Below, in pieces: positions 27,604 through 29,718 of a stretch of 29,718 bases of DNA. The DNA is from Candidatus Eiseniibacteriota bacterium (GTDB lineage Bacteria; Eisenbacteria; RBG-16-71-46; JABDJR01; JAWXBZ01): contig JAWXBZ010000052.1 in assembly GCA_034440375.1 (NCBI GenBank), forward strand, positions 1 to 29,718, in the 5' to 3' direction. How positions within the stretch are numbered: the first letter of the stretch is position 1; every line of letters starts with the position of its first letter. A program made the position numbers and the translations under genes. A model generated the notes under the pieces. It had not been told where the DNA came from. It did not search any database and saw only the letters and a list, made by a program, of their open reading frames with translations.

Positions 27604-28629
27604 CTACCGCGCCCGTCCAAAAATCATGTAAGCCAGCAGCAGGAGCCCGATGCCCACCATCGCCACGGTTACCTCCACCCCGTACTTCTGCGTGACGGGG
27701 CTCAGGAAGTTCTTTACCGGGCGGGGGATGAGGCGGTTGATGGCGGCGCCGGCATCGTTGATCACACCGGGGGTTTGGGGCGGAGTGAAGACGTCGCTGC
27801 CGTCCGGGGAGTACTTGCCGCTGCGCTCGCCGGCGTTGATGCGGATGGAGCGGTCGCTGGTGATGGGCCGAGTGCCTGGCTTCCTGGCGGCGATGGGGCC
27901 GGAGCCGCCGGCTTTGCCTTGAATGGCGGAGTCCATGGCGTCCTGGTGGGTCCGTGTTGATTTACCGACTGAGTTGGTCGTGGTCTTCGGCGCGTTGAGC
28001 GGGCCTCCCGAGGTGCCGGCCGGCGTCCCGTCGCCGGGGCCCCACCAGTCGTTGGATACCTGGCGACCCCACTCGGGGGCCTGGCGCAGATCGACGTTCA
28101 GGACCTTGGCCACCAGGATCACGATGCCGGCCACGACGGCCATGCGAACCACGAATCGGGTCAGCCAGTTGTTGAAGATTGGGCGGATGTAGCGGTGGGC
28201 GAAGCCGCCCCGGTAATAGTGGTCGCCCGGCATGCTGGAGGGGGCCGTCGAACCGGCCATGCCGCGGGCCGGCCGGGCGTTCTGGGAAATCCCCTTGTAC
28301 TTGTTCAGATACAGGTAATGGGTGTGCCAACGGTTGAGAAAGTCATCGCCGGGCGTGTAGCCGGACAGGCTGAGCTGACCGTTCATGAGATCGGTCATGC
28401 CGCGGACATTGGCCTGAGCTTCGGTGTTCAGGCTCCCCTGGTTCACGCCTTCCTGCAGCATCGGCAGGAACCCGGAAAGGGAAGCCTTGAGAGTCAGGAA
28501 CTGACGTTCCTGTTCGGGCGTAACGCCGGCCTGACCGCCCAGGCGGCTGACCGTATCGCGATACTCGACCCACTGCTCTATGAGCCGGTCGAGCTTGCGA
28601 TTCCGGGACATCCGGTCAACAAACTGCAT
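27604..28629 (-). CDS. Hypothetical membrane protein (two predicted TM segments)
   Basis: 341-aa ORF directly downstream of the PilT-like gene. Hydrophobic segments FVVRMAVVAGIVILVAKVL and VTVAMVGIGLLLLAYMIF flank a G/P/S/T-rich linker. Confidence 0.75.
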   Translation of the reverse strand: MQFVDRMSRNRKLDRLIEQWVEYRDTVSRLGGQAGVTPEQERQFLTLKASLSGFLPMLQEGVNQGSLNTEAQANVRGMTDLMNGQLSLSGYTPGDDFLNRWHTHYLYLNKYKGISQNARPARGMAGSTAPSSMPGDHYYRGGFAHRYIRPIFNNWLTRFVVRMAVVAGIVILVAKVLNVDLRQAPEWGRQVSNDWWGPGDGTPAGTSGGPLNAPKTTTNSVGKSTRTHQDAMDSAIQGKAGGSGPIAARKPGTRPITSDRSIRINAGERSGKYSPDGSDVFTPPQTPGVINDAGAAINRLIPRPVKNFLSPVTQKYGVEVTVAMVGIGLLLLAYMIFGRAR

Positions 28630-28665
28630 GACACACCGTCCTTGTCAATGCGCGCCCCCGCCCAG

Positions 28666-29718
28666 TTATGGACGCGCTTTCAGCTTGGCCAGCTTCTCCG
28701 CGTCGGTCATGCGAATGACCGCGCTGGCGTAGGACACGATCCCGCGGCTGGCCAGGTCGAGGATCGAATCATCCATCAGTACCATGCCTTCCCTGGCTCC
28801 GGTGGCGATGGCATTGTTGATCTGGTGAACCTTTCCCTCCCGGATCAGGTTCGATACGGCATTGTTGACAAACATCATCTCGCGCGCCGCCACCCGGCCG
28901 GGCTGATCAATCCGTCGCATCAATACCTGGCTGATGACGACCTTGAGCGTCAATGCCAGGCGGGTGCGAATTTCGGATTGGTGCTCCACCGGAAAGATGT
29001 CGATGATGCGGTTGATGGTCTTGGCGGCGGACTGCGTCGACAGCGTGCTGATGACGATGTTGCCCGTCTCCGCGGCGGTCAATGCCACCTCGATCGTTTC
29101 CCGATCGCGCATTTCGCCGACGAAGATGACATGCGGCATCTGGCGCAGCGCGGCCCGCAGGCCCCGGACGTAGTCCTTCACATCGTAGCCGATTTCCCGC
29201 TGATCGATGATGCAGGTCTTTGGCGTGAAGAGGAACTCGATCGGATCCTCGATCGAGATGATGTGCTTGGGGGTGCCGCCCTCGGTATTCAGAAACTCGA
29301 TGTACGAGGCGATGGTCGTCGACTTGCCCGCCCCGGTAGGCCCGGTGATCAGGATCAGGCCGTTGGGAATGTTGGCCATCTCCAGAATGACCCGCTCGGC
29401 CACGCCGATTTCGGAATAGTGAGGCACGCGCAGCGGAACCAGGCGAAGAACGGCAGCCAGTGTTCCCCTCTGCTGGAACACCGCGACGCGGAATCGGGCC
29501 AGCCCCTGAATATGATAGGCCAGGTCGATATCCCGCTCGTTCTCGAAGACCTTCCGCTGCTCCATGGTCATGAACTGGTAGATCAGGTCCTGCGTCTCGG
29601 TGCCCGACAGGACCCAGTCCGCGTCATATGGAATGAGCTGACCGAAGACATGGAAGGTGACCGGCGATCCGGCCGTGATGAGGATGTCGGAGGCCTGCTC
29701 GGCCACCGCCTCCTTCAG
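28666..29718 (-). CDS. pilT: PilT/PilU-family type IV pilus ATPase (5' end probably beyond the right edge; divergent motifs)
   Basis: GLARFRV..F.QRG, Walker A GPTGAGKSTT, IEDPIEF, QREIG, VGEMRD.ET, AAETG, AVSNLIREGK. The frame stays open to the window edge (LKEAVAEQASD..). Confidence 0.88.
   Translation of the reverse strand: MKEAVAEQASDILITAGSPVTFHVFGQLIPYDADWVLSGTETQDLIYQFMTMEQRKVFENERDIDLAYHIQGLARFRVAVFQQRGTLAAVLRLVPLRVPHYSEIGVAERVILEMANIPNGLILITGPTGAGKSTTIASYIEFLNTEGGTPKHIISIEDPIEFLFTPKTCIIDQREIGYDVKDYVRGLRAALRQMPHVIFVGEMRDRETIEVALTAAETGNIVISTLSTQSAAKTINRIIDIFPVEHQSEIRTRLALTLKVVISQVLMRRIDQPGRVAAREMMFVNNAVSNLIREGKVHQINNAIATGAREGMVLMDDSILDLASRGIVSYASAVIRMTDAEKLAKLKARP

Noticed and set aside
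29704-29718. GTG 29706 with upstream AAGGAGG as the true pilT start
   Set aside because: The apparent SD is also in-frame coding sequence (LKEAV) matching the usual PilT first helix before 'ASD', and the frame is open to the edge. The real start is more likely outside the window, though GTG 29706 cannot be fully excluded.

Overview
GC-rich bacterial chromosomal window in which every supportable gene but one (a Fic protein) lies on the minus strand. Reading right to left, it holds: (1) a partial, divergent PilT-family ATPase and a two-TM hypothetical protein; (2) a 2.6-kb cluster of AbrB/Doc TA, a class II Fic-wHTH protein and ParD/ParE TA, each with a visible candidate operator; (3) an hbd-crt-thiolase operon; (4) a secreted protein with six SFFD(I/V) repeats and a C-terminal PVPV..TWxxIK tail; (5) a LeuB-family dehydrogenase; (6) a housekeeping run tRNA-Leu(TAG)-tig-clpP-clpX-lon-class V aminotransferase-serA-purA-tRNA-Lys(TTT). 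The main feature is missing from the supplied ORF track: an uninterrupted minus-strand ORF from ATG 8456 that runs off the left edge (>2,818 aa). It encodes a secreted, very acidic, multi-repeat protein with Ig-like modules, many DxDxDG-type loops and a choice-of-anchor-X-like motif, and it sits behind a ~900-bp non-coding region. The TWxxIK tail suggests an FCB-related candidate phylum such as Eisenbacteria, Krumholzibacteriota or Latescibacterota (inference only).
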